Positions 17,869 through 25,904 of a DNA stretch of 64,000 bases are shown one piece after another. A program made the translations under genes and the position numbers. Where the stretch lies: the IMG/VR virus record IMGVR_UViG_3300030331_006276. One strand, given 5' to 3'. How positions within the stretch are numbered: the first letter of the stretch is position 1; each line of letters begins with the position of its first letter. The notes beneath the pieces are model-generated. The model was not told the origin of the DNA. It saw nothing but the letters and a program-made list of their open reading frames with translations, and made no database searches. Source of the DNA: a virus.

Positions 17869-17976
17869 TATCTTATTATATCTGAGTTCCTTTAGTAATA
17901 TAATATCTTTTGATACTATGTTCAACTAAAGATTAAAGTTTTTTTTAGAGTTCCTTATGCATAAGGAACTTTTAAA

Positions 17977-18053
17977 TGGTAGGAGCGGTGGGACTCGAAC
18001 CCACACTGGACGGATTTTAAGTCCGTTGTCTCTGCCAATTGGACTACGCTCCC
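17977..18053 (-). tRNA. tRNA-Leu(TAA), short variable loop, CCA encoded
   Basis: GGGAGCG...ACGGA-CTTAAAA-TCCGT...GTGGG-TTCGAGT-CCCAC-CGCTCCT-A-CCA. Confidence 0.92.
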
Positions 18054-18055
18054 TT

Positions 18056-18131
18056 TGGTGCGCCCGGCTGGACTTGAACCAGCGACCTGCCGATTATGAG
18101 TCGGATGCTCTAACCACTGAGCTACAAGCGC
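18056..18131 (-). tRNA. tRNA with CAT anticodon, Ile2 (lysidine) type, CCA encoded
   Basis: TAGCTCAGTGGTTAGAGC...CTCATAA...GGTCGCTGGTTCAAGTCCAGC, closely resembling bacterial tRNA-Ile2. Confidence 0.85.
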
Positions 18132-18167
18132 TTTCATAATCATATTATATCTGAGTTCCTTTAGTAT

Positions 18168-18239
18168 TACTCCTACCAAGAATCGAACTTGGATCTAAGC
18201 ATTAGAAGTGCCTTGTTTTATCCGTTAAACTATAGGAGC
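18168..18239 (-). tRNA. tRNA-Arg(TCT), CCA not encoded
   Basis: GCTCCTA...AGGCA-CTTCTAA-TGCTT...CCAAG-TTCGATT-CTTGG-TAGGAGT-A. Confidence 0.88.
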
Positions 18240-18283
18240 ATAATATTATTATATCGAAATTTCTAGATTTTCAAACAATAAAC

Positions 18284-18291
18284 TATAAATA
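18284..18291 (+). promoter_or_regulatory. T4-type late promoter TATAAATA
   Basis: Exact T4 late consensus, 5 nt before ATG 18297. Confidence 0.8.
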
Positions 18292-18296
18292 AACAT

Positions 18297-18752
18297 ATGA
18301 GACAGTTCGATAAAACAGCTAATGCAATCTTAAAAAGATTAAATGAAAATTTTATTAACAGCGCTGATGACGCTATTCAACATCAATGAGCTAAGACTAT
18401 TGCACACCCAGGTCTGGGTGAAGAAGATGAAGAGTTTCGTGTGATTGATCATAGCTTAACTGCTGATGGAGTTGTAGAAGAGTACTATGTTGATTATAAT
18501 GACGAGTTAATCTCAGTGCCGGCTGGTGAAGCTACAATTGTAGTTATAGAAGAGCATGATGAAGAAACTAAGATGCCTAAGCATAAAAAGAAAGAAGACG
18601 AGGAAAAGAAGAAGAAGAAGCATGACAAAGATCATGACGAAGACGAGGAAGAACTTAACTCTATTCGCGAAGCTTATGGGCTTTCTAAAAAGAGAAAAGG
18701 TCCTCATGGAGAGAAACCTAAACTTAACTGTAGATCAGTCCACAGTCTTTAA
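18297..18752 (+). CDS. Late protein with in-frame UGA at codon 31 (candidate selenoprotein, 151 aa)
   Basis: MRQFDKTANAILKRLNENFINSADDAIQHQ*AKTIAHPGLGEE... continues in frame into ORF 18441-18752. TGA is at 18387-18389 with a hairpin downstream. Confidence 0.7.
18405..18420 (+). promoter_or_regulatory. Bacterial SECIS-like hairpin
   Basis: CACCCAG-GT-CTGGGTG starts 16 nt after the UGA. The apical CAGGUCUG is identical to that of the E. coli fdhF SECIS. Confidence 0.65.
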
Positions 18753-18766
18753 TTTAACTTAAACAT

Positions 18767-18797
18767 AAAAAAAAGCCTCCTTTCGGAGGCTTTTTTT
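18767..18797. terminator. Bidirectional Rho-independent terminator
   Basis: A8-GCCTCC-TTTC-GGAGGC-T7 between convergent genes. Confidence 0.9.
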
Positions 18798-19053
18798 ATG
18801 AACAGACGTTTCTACTAAAGTTCTTCAACGCCGATCGCGCACCGTTCGGAGTAAAGTACTTCTTATTTTCATTCCAACTCTCCTCAGAGAGTATCTCAAT
18901 CTCGGCACCAGTCTTATGACTATATACCATTCTACCTTTCGGTCGAGAGACATCAGGGCCCGAATGCGCGCAAATCGAACAGTTTTTATATCCAAACTCG
19001 ACTCTAGGCTCTTCAACTTCTCTTCCACAACCACAAATAATATTTTCTACCAT
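18796..19053 (-). CDS. Small Zn-finger-like protein
   Basis: CGCG...CSICA motif. Confidence 0.65.
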   Translation of the reverse strand: MVENIICGCGREVEEPRVEFGYKNCSICAHSGPDVSRPKGRMVYSHKTGAEIEILSEESWNENKKYFTPNGARSALKNFSRNVCS

Positions 19054-19235
19054 GCTGCGTAAATAGCTTGCGGACTATTCTCAAAGTCCATTCGTTCTTT
19101 TTCTTGCATTTGATACCAAGTAACCATCATCTCTTCTTCTCGAATCATATCTTCCTTAAAGTCTCTCATTTCTCCGAAAGTAAGACCATGCTGCTTAGCG
19201 TACTCTTTATCACTATCAGTAAGTTCTATCGTCAT
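19047..19235 (-). CDS. Early hypothetical protein
   Basis: ATG lies 6 nt after the motif. Confidence 0.7.
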   Translation of the reverse strand: MTIELTDSDKEYAKQHGLTFGEMRDFKEDMIREEEMMVTWYQMQEKERMDFENSPQAIYAAW

Positions 19236-19260
19236 ACTATTATTATAGCAGAGTTCCTTA

Positions 19261-19440
19261 TTATTGCTCTACTTTCTTAGAATACCAATCCATTATTTCA
19301 TAATGAAATGTTTTCTCATCTATATCACGACCTACAGGAATATACCAGGTAGGTTCTGAACCCTCTCCTCGCTGATAGACAGAAATTCTACTTAATTCGT
19401 TATCCAATTCAAACGTGAATTCTCCAATTTTACCATTCAT
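19261..19440 (-). CDS. Small hypothetical protein (59 aa)
   Basis: Hand translation MNGKIGEFTFELDNELSRI... Missed by the ORF track. Confidence 0.6.
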   Translation of the reverse strand: MNGKIGEFTFELDNELSRISVYQRGEGSEPTWYIPVGRDIDEKTFHYEIMDWYSKKVEQ

Positions 19441-19669
19441 TTTTTAGCTCTTTTAGTTCCTCTGTTATTAATTTAGTAAGATATAAGTGAGAAACAATAT
19501 CTAATTCATCAGCTATATCTTTACCAACTTCTTTCTTATGTACATAATAGACTCGCATATTAGTTATGCAAGGTACAGAATGCTCAAATTCATAATAAGA
19601 GTGAACTAGTATCCCGGGCCCGTGCTCGGACTCCGGGATATAAGTTCTATGAATATTTATCCGGCCCAC
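19430..19669 (-). CDS. Hypothetical protein
   Basis: 79-aa ORF. Confidence 0.55.
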   Translation of the reverse strand: MGRINIHRTYIPESEHGPGILVHSYYEFEHSVPCITNMRVYYVHKKEVGKDIADELDIVSHLYLTKLITEELKELKNEW

Positions 19670-20496
19670 TGGATCTTAGGCTCCTTCAGTACCCTAAGTG
19701 CTTTAGTTGAGAGCGTATTACCCATCAGAGATCTTACGAGCTTCTCAGGAGACTGCTTACGGTTATGAGTTTCAAACTCAGTGAAAGCATTCAGAGCATC
19801 CCAGCGAGACTCTCCTACGTTACCTCGACCGTTCGCGTAGAGTTCTACGATACCCTCGCGCTGATTAACCCTGCGAGTAGACTCGTCCTTCTCAACCGGA
19901 ATAAGCTTTTGAGTAAGCTTAACCATCTGGTCACGTGAAAACTTATTGCTCTTCAAGAACTCAACAGTAGAGTTAAAGCCTTTGAAGTCTTCAATATTTT
20001 TAGCAATCCTATGAACCATACGCTCAACGTTTGCATCGAAGGTAGCTGAGTGACGGAGATTATCTCCACGACGCTTCTCAATCAAGTGAAGAGCATTATC
20101 GCAAGCAATCCTCGTAGTAGAAGGAGCACATTTATTAGAGCTCATTCCAGTATTATCGATGATAGTATAGAAGTAACCATCTACTTTATCACCTTCAACG
20201 TCAATCGGCTCACCGAGCTTAGACTGAACAACGACTCGTTTACCGTCACCGGCAAAGGTAAATCCTTTATGCTCAATACCGCCTACCTTATCACTAGCCG
20301 TATCAAGAATATCAAACATCTCTTCCATTTGAATTGGACGATATTTTCTTCCGCAACTACCAAGGTGTGCGCCATTATCAGAGCGTTCAAGAGCGAATAC
20401 TCCGTTATGTTCGCCGCGATCATTTTTAAGCGGCACTTTATTTACCTCAAAGCGAGGTACTTCTTCTAGCGTTTCGATTTCAGTTAAGAATCCCAT
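19657..20496 (-). CDS. DUF932/DUF945-family protein
   Basis: LG..G.KY.PIQ, RIACDNAL and G..GESRWDALNAFTEFETH patterns. Confidence 0.8.
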   Translation of the reverse strand: MGFLTEIETLEEVPRFEVNKVPLKNDRGEHNGVFALERSDNGAHLGSCGRKYRPIQMEEMFDILDTASDKVGGIEHKGFTFAGDGKRVVVQSKLGEPIDVEGDKVDGYFYTIIDNTGMSSNKCAPSTTRIACDNALHLIEKRRGDNLRHSATFDANVERMVHRIAKNIEDFKGFNSTVEFLKSNKFSRDQMVKLTQKLIPVEKDESTRRVNQREGIVELYANGRGNVGESRWDALNAFTEFETHNRKQSPEKLVRSLMGNTLSTKALRVLKEPKIQWAG

Positions 20497-20536
20497 TTTT
20501 TTTATTTTTTAGTTTGTTTCGTTCTACCCTTTTATT

Positions 20537-20989
20537 TTAACCTAGTTCCTTTAGATTAAATCTTTCAAATTTTTCTTCAGCTTTCTTAAATGAATCATAA
20601 ATTTTTATTAATTCAGTAGTCAACTTCTCTTGTTTTCTAGCGTCTCTTTCTTCTTGAGAGTTATAGTAAGCATTATAAGTAGCAAATCTCGCTATATGAG
20701 TAAAGTTAAATACGTATTCTTGAAAAGCATGCCTTAATTCATGGAGAATAGTACCAAATATATATCGTCTATTACCAGAAGTATCTAAGTTCATCTTATA
20801 GTATCGCATACTTCTAGAAGTACGCTCCATAGTTGATTGCTCCTTTACTTTACTCTTCCATATTACTACTTCAATATTGATTCTTCTCTCGAACCCCTTT
20901 TCAAATATATTAGAACAGATCGTTCCAAGTAAATCAAAATCAATTTTAGTATCGTTAATTATCCCTGTTGAAGGTAAAAACTTAATCAT
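20537..20989 (-). CDS. HExxH-motif (zincin-like) protein
   Basis: ILHELRHAFQ...EERDAR. Confidence 0.6.
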   Translation of the reverse strand: MIKFLPSTGIINDTKIDFDLLGTICSNIFEKGFERRINIEVVIWKSKVKEQSTMERTSRSMRYYKMNLDTSGNRRYIFGTILHELRHAFQEYVFNFTHIARFATYNAYYNSQEERDARKQEKLTTELIKIYDSFKKAEEKFERFNLKELG

Positions 20990-21174
20990 CCTATTTTTTT
21001 AATAACTGGTTCATGATAGCCTTCCCGTAATAATTTTTCCCGGATTTTTTCAGCATCTTTGTAATTATCTATGCGTTCCTTATAGAATCTAAGTAGACCT
21101 GCTTTCTCTTCACGATACTCAATCAGATACTTACCATATTCGAATGGCTTTATGGGAGGTCTACGTTTAGGCAT
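20986..21174 (-). CDS. Early hypothetical protein
   Basis: Start MPKRRPP lies 9 nt after the motif. Confidence 0.65.
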   Translation of the reverse strand: MPKRRPPIKPFEYGKYLIEYREEKAGLLRFYKERIDNYKDAEKIREKLLREGYHEPVIKKIG

Positions 21175-21225
21175 TTCCTTCTTATTATATGCTAGTTCCT
21201 TAGCCATGGCAACATAAATAATTAT

Positions 21226-21702
21226 GTGTTCGAACAGATTATATTAGAAAATAGCTCAGAAAAACAAGCTAAGCTTTTGGGTCCCGCGCAACGTGCTCAT
21301 AAGAAGCCGGATATTGGTGTTGAGATCCAGAATAAATCAGCCTATTATGTTATTAGAGACTGCGCAATGATTACGCAAAAGTATCTTGTTCATCACATCT
21401 GGAGTTCATATTCAGACCCTTTTAAAGCTCTAAAAGGAAAGTTTACAAAAGACGATGTAACAGATTTTCTAAAGAGAGCGGAAAAAGATGACCCTGTAAA
21501 GCAACTCAAGCATACCATTATCGGTGATATTAAAACAAAGTTTGATACTACCGTAACAACGTCAACTAACTTCGACTATAGTATGGAAGAAGAGGATATC
21601 TACAAATATTATAGCGATACAGAAGAAACAGAAAATGAAACTATAGTAGAAACAGAAATGACTGAAGAGGAGATGCTTTTAAAATTTTTTAATGTTGATT
21701 AA
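21226..21702 (+). CDS. Hypothetical late protein
   Basis: TAAATA lies 5 nt upstream. Acidic tail. Confidence 0.65.
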   Translation: MFEQIILENSSEKQAKLLGPAQRAHKKPDIGVEIQNKSAYYVIRDCAMITQKYLVHHIWSSYSDPFKALKGKFTKDDVTDFLKRAEKDDPVKQLKHTIIGDIKTKFDTTVTTSTNFDYSMEEEDIYKYYSDTEETENETIVETEMTEEEMLLKFFNVD

Positions 21703-21708
21703 TAATCT

Positions 21709-22677
21709 CTAAGATCGATATTTTTCAACGTAATATTTTACAGTTGATGATAAACTAAATTTCTTTTGCTTTTTTATAGCATCCAATTTATGTTTAGTAG
21801 CTAGCTGATATTTGAAGTCGTGTCCTTTTCTATCAGGTACAAATTCAATATATTCATCTTTCTTTCTTTTATAGTTTGGAAATTGATGCTCTACTTCTTT
21901 AATAATTTTATTAATTAGCTCTAAATTATTGCATACTAAATTGCCTGGTAAGTTATGTACTTGACAGCTATCAGTATGTAAAACTTCTAGAATAGATTTA
22001 GCATGATCTTCAGCGTTAATCCATTCGCGTATATTTTCTCCTGTACCGTAAACTGGTATTTTATTTCCTTTAATAATAGATCTAATTACTGTAGGAATTA
22101 ATTTTTCATCATCTTGCCGCGGTCCGTAATTATTACAACATCTAGTAATTGAAGCATTAATATTAAACGTTTCAATATAAGACTGTACTAATAAATCTGA
22201 ACCGGCCTTAGTTGCTGAGTATGGTGATCTTGGAGCAAGAGAACTCTCTTCTGTAAATGGAGGGTCGTCCTTTCCTAAATGACCATACACTTCATCAGTT
22301 GATACATGAACCATTCTAGATCTATGTTTTCTTACTAACTCTAATATATTAGCTGTACCTTTTAAATTTGAATCAACAAACGATAAAGGGTTATCAATAG
22401 AACGATCAACATGCGACTCAGCAGCTAAATGAATAACATAATTGATATCTTCAGATATAAAATCTAAAGGATGCGACATATGTAGCCTCCAAGCATCATC
22501 ATTAGCAATATCCATAAAATGATTTTCGACGCGATCATCTTCTACAATATTTTCTTTAGATGAGCCGATACCCATCTTATCGATATTGTATATAAAAATA
22601 TCTTCTTTTTTGAGAAGCTCTTTGATTACATATGATCCAATAAAACCACAACCTCCAGTTACAACATATGTATTCAT
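21709..22677 (-). CDS. rfbB: dTDP/NDP-glucose 4,6-dehydratase
   Basis: VTGGCGFIGS, HLAAESHVDRSI, STDEVYG, YSATKA and NNYGPRQ motifs. Confidence 0.93.
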   Translation of the reverse strand: MNTYVVTGGCGFIGSYVIKELLKKEDIFIYNIDKMGIGSSKENIVEDDRVENHFMDIANDDAWRLHMSHPLDFISEDINYVIHLAAESHVDRSIDNPLSFVDSNLKGTANILELVRKHRSRMVHVSTDEVYGHLGKDDPPFTEESSLAPRSPYSATKAGSDLLVQSYIETFNINASITRCCNNYGPRQDDEKLIPTVIRSIIKGNKIPVYGTGENIREWINAEDHAKSILEVLHTDSCQVHNLPGNLVCNNLELINKIIKEVEHQFPNYKRKKDEYIEFVPDRKGHDFKYQLATKHKLDAIKKQKKFSLSSTVKYYVEKYRS

Positions 22678-23114
22678 TTCTTTAAAACGTCAGGATTCTG
22701 CTTTATTGTCTGCTTTGTAATAAGATCTTTTAGTCGCGTAGTAGACCACCCATGAGAACGTGTCGTATATATTACTTTAGGAGGTAAATCATCACCAGTA
22801 AATGATTCTTTTTCAATATAATCTTCTCCTAAGATACGAATATCCGGTTTCCAAAACTTAATCAAGCTATAAAGCTCTTCTTCTGTTTGATACGTATATA
22901 CATCATCAATATATCTAATAGCCATTAACGCTTCATATCTATTGTATAAAGATATAACAGGTTTATATTTACTCTTTCTATGAAGAGAAGGATCTTTCTG
23001 CAAAAAAACAATAAATCTATCACAATGTCTTTTAGCTTCCCTAAAGCATCTAATATACCCAGGGTGTAATAAATCAAAATTGCCTGCAGTAAAACCTACT
23101 ATTTCTTTATTCAT
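22674..23114 (-). CDS. Cytidylyltransferase (TagD-like)
   Basis: AGNFDLLHPGY (HxGH-like) and RSHGWSTT motifs. Confidence 0.85.
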   Translation of the reverse strand: MNKEIVGFTAGNFDLLHPGYIRCFREAKRHCDRFIVFLQKDPSLHRKSKYKPVISLYNRYEALMAIRYIDDVYTYQTEEELYSLIKFWKPDIRILGEDYIEKESFTGDDLPPKVIYTTRSHGWSTTRLKDLITKQTIKQNPDVLKK

Positions 23115-23961
23115 CCTTTATTATCTTATTCAATGCACCGCGAATAGCAACCTCTTCCTTTATTGGATAAAATCCATACTTTGATCCTATCTTTGAAGTA
23201 TCTAATACGCAATTAGATCTATTTGCTCTACAATTTAATTCTTCAAACTGTACCCATTCCCAGTTACTGTTACCAAGATTATAAGTTTTCATTAGCGATA
23301 CAATATCATCTGTACGGAGTGGTTCAGGTTGAACAAAATTAATTATATCTTTTTCTTTTGCTTCCTGCCCTGAAGCAATAAACTCACTTACAAATTGAGT
23401 TAGTGAAGGTATATAAGTTTTAGAGTTAGTTAAATTGATTAAGTTATCATATTTTTTAATTTTAGTTAGATATGATCTTTCATGAAGCTTATCGCAAAAT
23501 GGCATTCTTACTCTAAAAATTAGACCATAATCACATCCTAGCTCATACGCGTGTTTGCTTTTAGAATAGGTAGAAGATTCTTCATCATGAAAACCAAAAT
23601 TAGGAATATCATCTTCTTCATAAGGCTTGTCGTATCCTGTATAAATACACCCTGAAGAAATATGAATATAATTTATACCTAAGCACTGACATATAGTACT
23701 AACTCTTAAAGGAGCAAAAGTATTTAACTCATAACATAATTCAGGCTCTAGTTCACCTTGATCAACATTCGGTCTACCAGTAAAACCAAAAGCATTAATA
23801 ACATAATCAAATTTAGAACTACAAAGATATTTTATTAGATCGTTAGCGTTAGTATAGTCTAAAAATTCTCTTCTTACAATTTCTACATCATTATCTTTTT
23901 TTAATTTGCTGTAGAGGTATCCCCCAACGTATCCATATCCGAGTATAAGTATCTTTTTCAT
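23107..23961 (-). CDS. NDP-4-keto-6-deoxyglucose epimerase/reductase (RmlD- or NRS/ER-like)
   Basis: ILGYGYVG Rossmann fold, GFTGRPNVD, HISSGCIY and YSKSK motifs. Confidence 0.8.
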   Translation of the reverse strand: MKKILILGYGYVGGYLYSKLKKDNDVEIVRREFLDYTNANDLIKYLCSSKFDYVINAFGFTGRPNVDQGELEPELCYELNTFAPLRVSTICQCLGINYIHISSGCIYTGYDKPYEEDDIPNFGFHDEESSTYSKSKHAYELGCDYGLIFRVRMPFCDKLHERSYLTKIKKYDNLINLTNSKTYIPSLTQFVSEFIASGQEAKEKDIINFVQPEPLRTDDIVSLMKTYNLGNSNWEWVQFEELNCRANRSNCVLDTSKIGSKYGFYPIKEEVAIRGALNKIIKDE

Positions 23962-25013
23962 TATATTTCTAAAGTATTAGCTTCATATATTTTACTATGA
24001 GTATTTGTACATCTTATAAACGTTGCGCATTTGCTAAGATGTCTAAGTTGATTAGCTCCAACGTAAGTACATGTACTTCTTAAACCTCCTAGAATATCTT
24101 GTACTACGTTCTTAATTTCTCCTCTATAGGGTAGTAGAACTCTTCTACCTTCTGAAGTCCTATAATCTTTAAGACCGCCATTATGTTTTTCATTAGCGAC
24201 TTTACTACTCATTCCATAGAACTCTACATATTCTTTACCGTCAATTTTAACTATTTTACCACCTCCTTCTTTACAGCCGGCTAACATTGAACCGAGCATA
24301 ACAAAATCAGCTCCAGCACCAAAAGCTTTTGCTACATCACCAGGAGAAGTACAACCCCCATCAGCTACTATATGACCGTTAAGACCATGAGCAGCATCAG
24401 CGCATTCAGCAATACTACTAAATTGAGGATAACCTACTCCAGTTTTAATTCGCGTTGTACATACACTTCCAGATCCAATACCAACTTTAATAATATCAGC
24501 ACCGGCTAGTAAAAGCTCTTCAACCATCTCTCCAGTAACCACATTACCTGCTATAATATTGGCATAAGGTATTTCATCTCTTACTTCTTTAATAAAATCA
24601 ACAAAACTCTGACTATAACCATTTGCTACATCAACGCATATATATTTTAATTTATAACAAGGTGAAAGCTCTTTAACTATTCTCTTGAGCTTTTGTAGGT
24701 CATCCTTATTTCTACCTACAGTAACTGCAAGATTATTACCTTCGGTAGCTTTTAATTCCTTAATGAGAAATTTTTCACTTAAAGATTTTCTTAAGCAAGT
24801 AAATAATCCTAAATCTCCTATCTCTTTTGAAACATCTAAAGTTCCTACCCCATCCATATTAGCAGCCATAATAGGAATGCCAAAATACGTTCCGCCATGT
24901 TTAAACTTATATGATCTATGCAAATCAACTTCTTTTCTTGATTTTAAAGTCGATCGCTTAGGACGGATAAGTACGTCATCAAAATCGTACTTAAGTTCAG
25001 TTTCTATTCTCAT
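23961..25013 (-). CDS. guaC: GMP reductase
   Basis: DFDDVLIRPKRS, IMAANMDGVG, DVANGY, KVGIGSGSVCTTR and FYGMSS motifs. Confidence 0.95.
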   Translation of the reverse strand: MRIETELKYDFDDVLIRPKRSTLKSRKEVDLHRSYKFKHGGTYFGIPIMAANMDGVGTLDVSKEIGDLGLFTCLRKSLSEKFLIKELKATEGNNLAVTVGRNKDDLQKLKRIVKELSPCYKLKYICVDVANGYSQSFVDFIKEVRDEIPYANIIAGNVVTGEMVEELLLAGADIIKVGIGSGSVCTTRIKTGVGYPQFSSIAECADAAHGLNGHIVADGGCTSPGDVAKAFGAGADFVMLGSMLAGCKEGGGKIVKIDGKEYVEFYGMSSKVANEKHNGGLKDYRTSEGRRVLLPYRGEIKNVVQDILGGLRSTCTYVGANQLRHLSKCATFIRCTNTHSKIYEANTLEI

Positions 25014-25045
25014 GCCTATCTAATTATAGTGCATATTAAATATTT

Positions 25046-25249
25046 TCAACCTATTATTTGATCTCTTATATCTTCAAGTTTAATATCACCTTCTTCAATA
25101 ATTTCAGCTATTTGATCTAAAAATCGATTTCCTAAGTCTGAAAGTTCAAAATCATCTGAACTTTCTAAAAGGTCTTTCATCTTGTAAAGCTGTTCCCATA
25201 AGTCTGCTGTTTGCTTATCAAACTTTTTGAGTAAAGAATTTCGTTTCAT
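25046..25249 (-). CDS. Hypothetical protein
   Basis: TAAATA lies 6 nt upstream. Confidence 0.6.
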   Translation of the reverse strand: MKRNSLLKKFDKQTADLWEQLYKMKDLLESSDDFELSDLGNRFLDQIAEIIEEGDIKLEDIRDQIIG

Positions 25250-25277
25250 ATCGCTATTTATTTAATAAATATAATCA

Positions 25278-25904
25278 ATGAAGTTCTTAAATCAAGTAGA
25301 TTTGCTTTTAGAAGAAGTAAGTACATATAAACCTATAGTCTTGCCTTATTCTTTAAATGCTTTAGAACCCATAGTTAATAGACAAACTACCGATTTTCAT
25401 TATAATGATCATTATAAGGGGTATGTTAAAAAGCTTAATACTGCTATGAGTAGTAAGAGAAAGCCAGCCTTAGTTGAATTAGTTAAAGAGATATCAAAAT
25501 ATAATGATCATATAAAAGATAATGCCGGTGGAGCTTATAACCATCAGCTGTTTTTTAATATGATGAAGCCTGGGGGTAGTGACTTTAATGGTGAAATAAA
25601 AGATAGAATACTAAAACGATTTGGTACTTTTTCAAAGTTTAAAAAAGAATTTATTGATAATGCAGCTGGGCAGTTTGGTTCTGGCTGGGGATGGTTGGTA
25701 GAGAAAAATGATAAATTAGATTTAGTAAGAACACCTAATCAAGATAATCCTTTAATGTTTAATTTAGGTAAGCCTATTCTCGGTGTTGATGTATGGGAGC
25801 ATAGTTATTATCTAATGTATGGTCCTAAAAGAAAAGAATGGTTAAGCAATTTTTTCGATATTGTTAACTGGGACTTCTGCTCCGCTCTGTTGCATACTAG
25901 CTAA
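25278..25904 (+). CDS. sod: Fe/Mn superoxide dismutase
   Basis: LPYSLNALEP, HYNDHY.GYV, NHQLFF, QFGSGWGW and DVWEHSYY motifs. Confidence 0.95.
   Translation: MKFLNQVDLLLEEVSTYKPIVLPYSLNALEPIVNRQTTDFHYNDHYKGYVKKLNTAMSSKRKPALVELVKEISKYNDHIKDNAGGAYNHQLFFNMMKPGGSDFNGEIKDRILKRFGTFSKFKKEFIDNAAGQFGSGWGWLVEKNDKLDLVRTPNQDNPLMFNLGKPILGVDVWEHSYYLMYGPKRKEWLSNFFDIVNWDFCSALLHTS

Larger units (their letters stand above)
7165..21200 (-). promoter_or_regulatory. Repeated early promoter AGGAACT-N4-TATAAT (19 copies including close variants)
   Basis: Minus-strand copies at 7165-7181, 7366-7382, 7547-7563, 7727-7743, 8084-8100, 9891-9907, 10113-10129, 10339-10355 (ACGAACT), 11015-11031, 11230-11246, 11563-11579 (AGGAACC), 12021-12037 (AAGAACT), 12450-12466, 13094-13110, 17875-17891, 18144-18160, 19242-19258, 20534-20550 (TAAAAT) and 21184-21200. 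Confidence 0.9.

Noticed and set aside
17955-18179. ORF-track proteins at 17955-18179 (-) and 17957-18139 (+)
   Set aside because: They overlap two well-formed tRNA genes, and the VILKELRYN start is the translated promoter motif.
18441-18752. Independent 103-aa gene starting at GTG 18441
   Set aside because: It has no promoter or SD of its own, and the promoter-anchored ATG 18297 is in frame. A nonsense pseudogene remains possible but does not explain the SECIS-like hairpin.
7742-21207. Shared KEL(A/S/R)YN peptide at ORF N- or C-termini as a protein motif
   Set aside because: It is the translation of AAGGAACT-N4-TATAAT. Likely starts lie just downstream.
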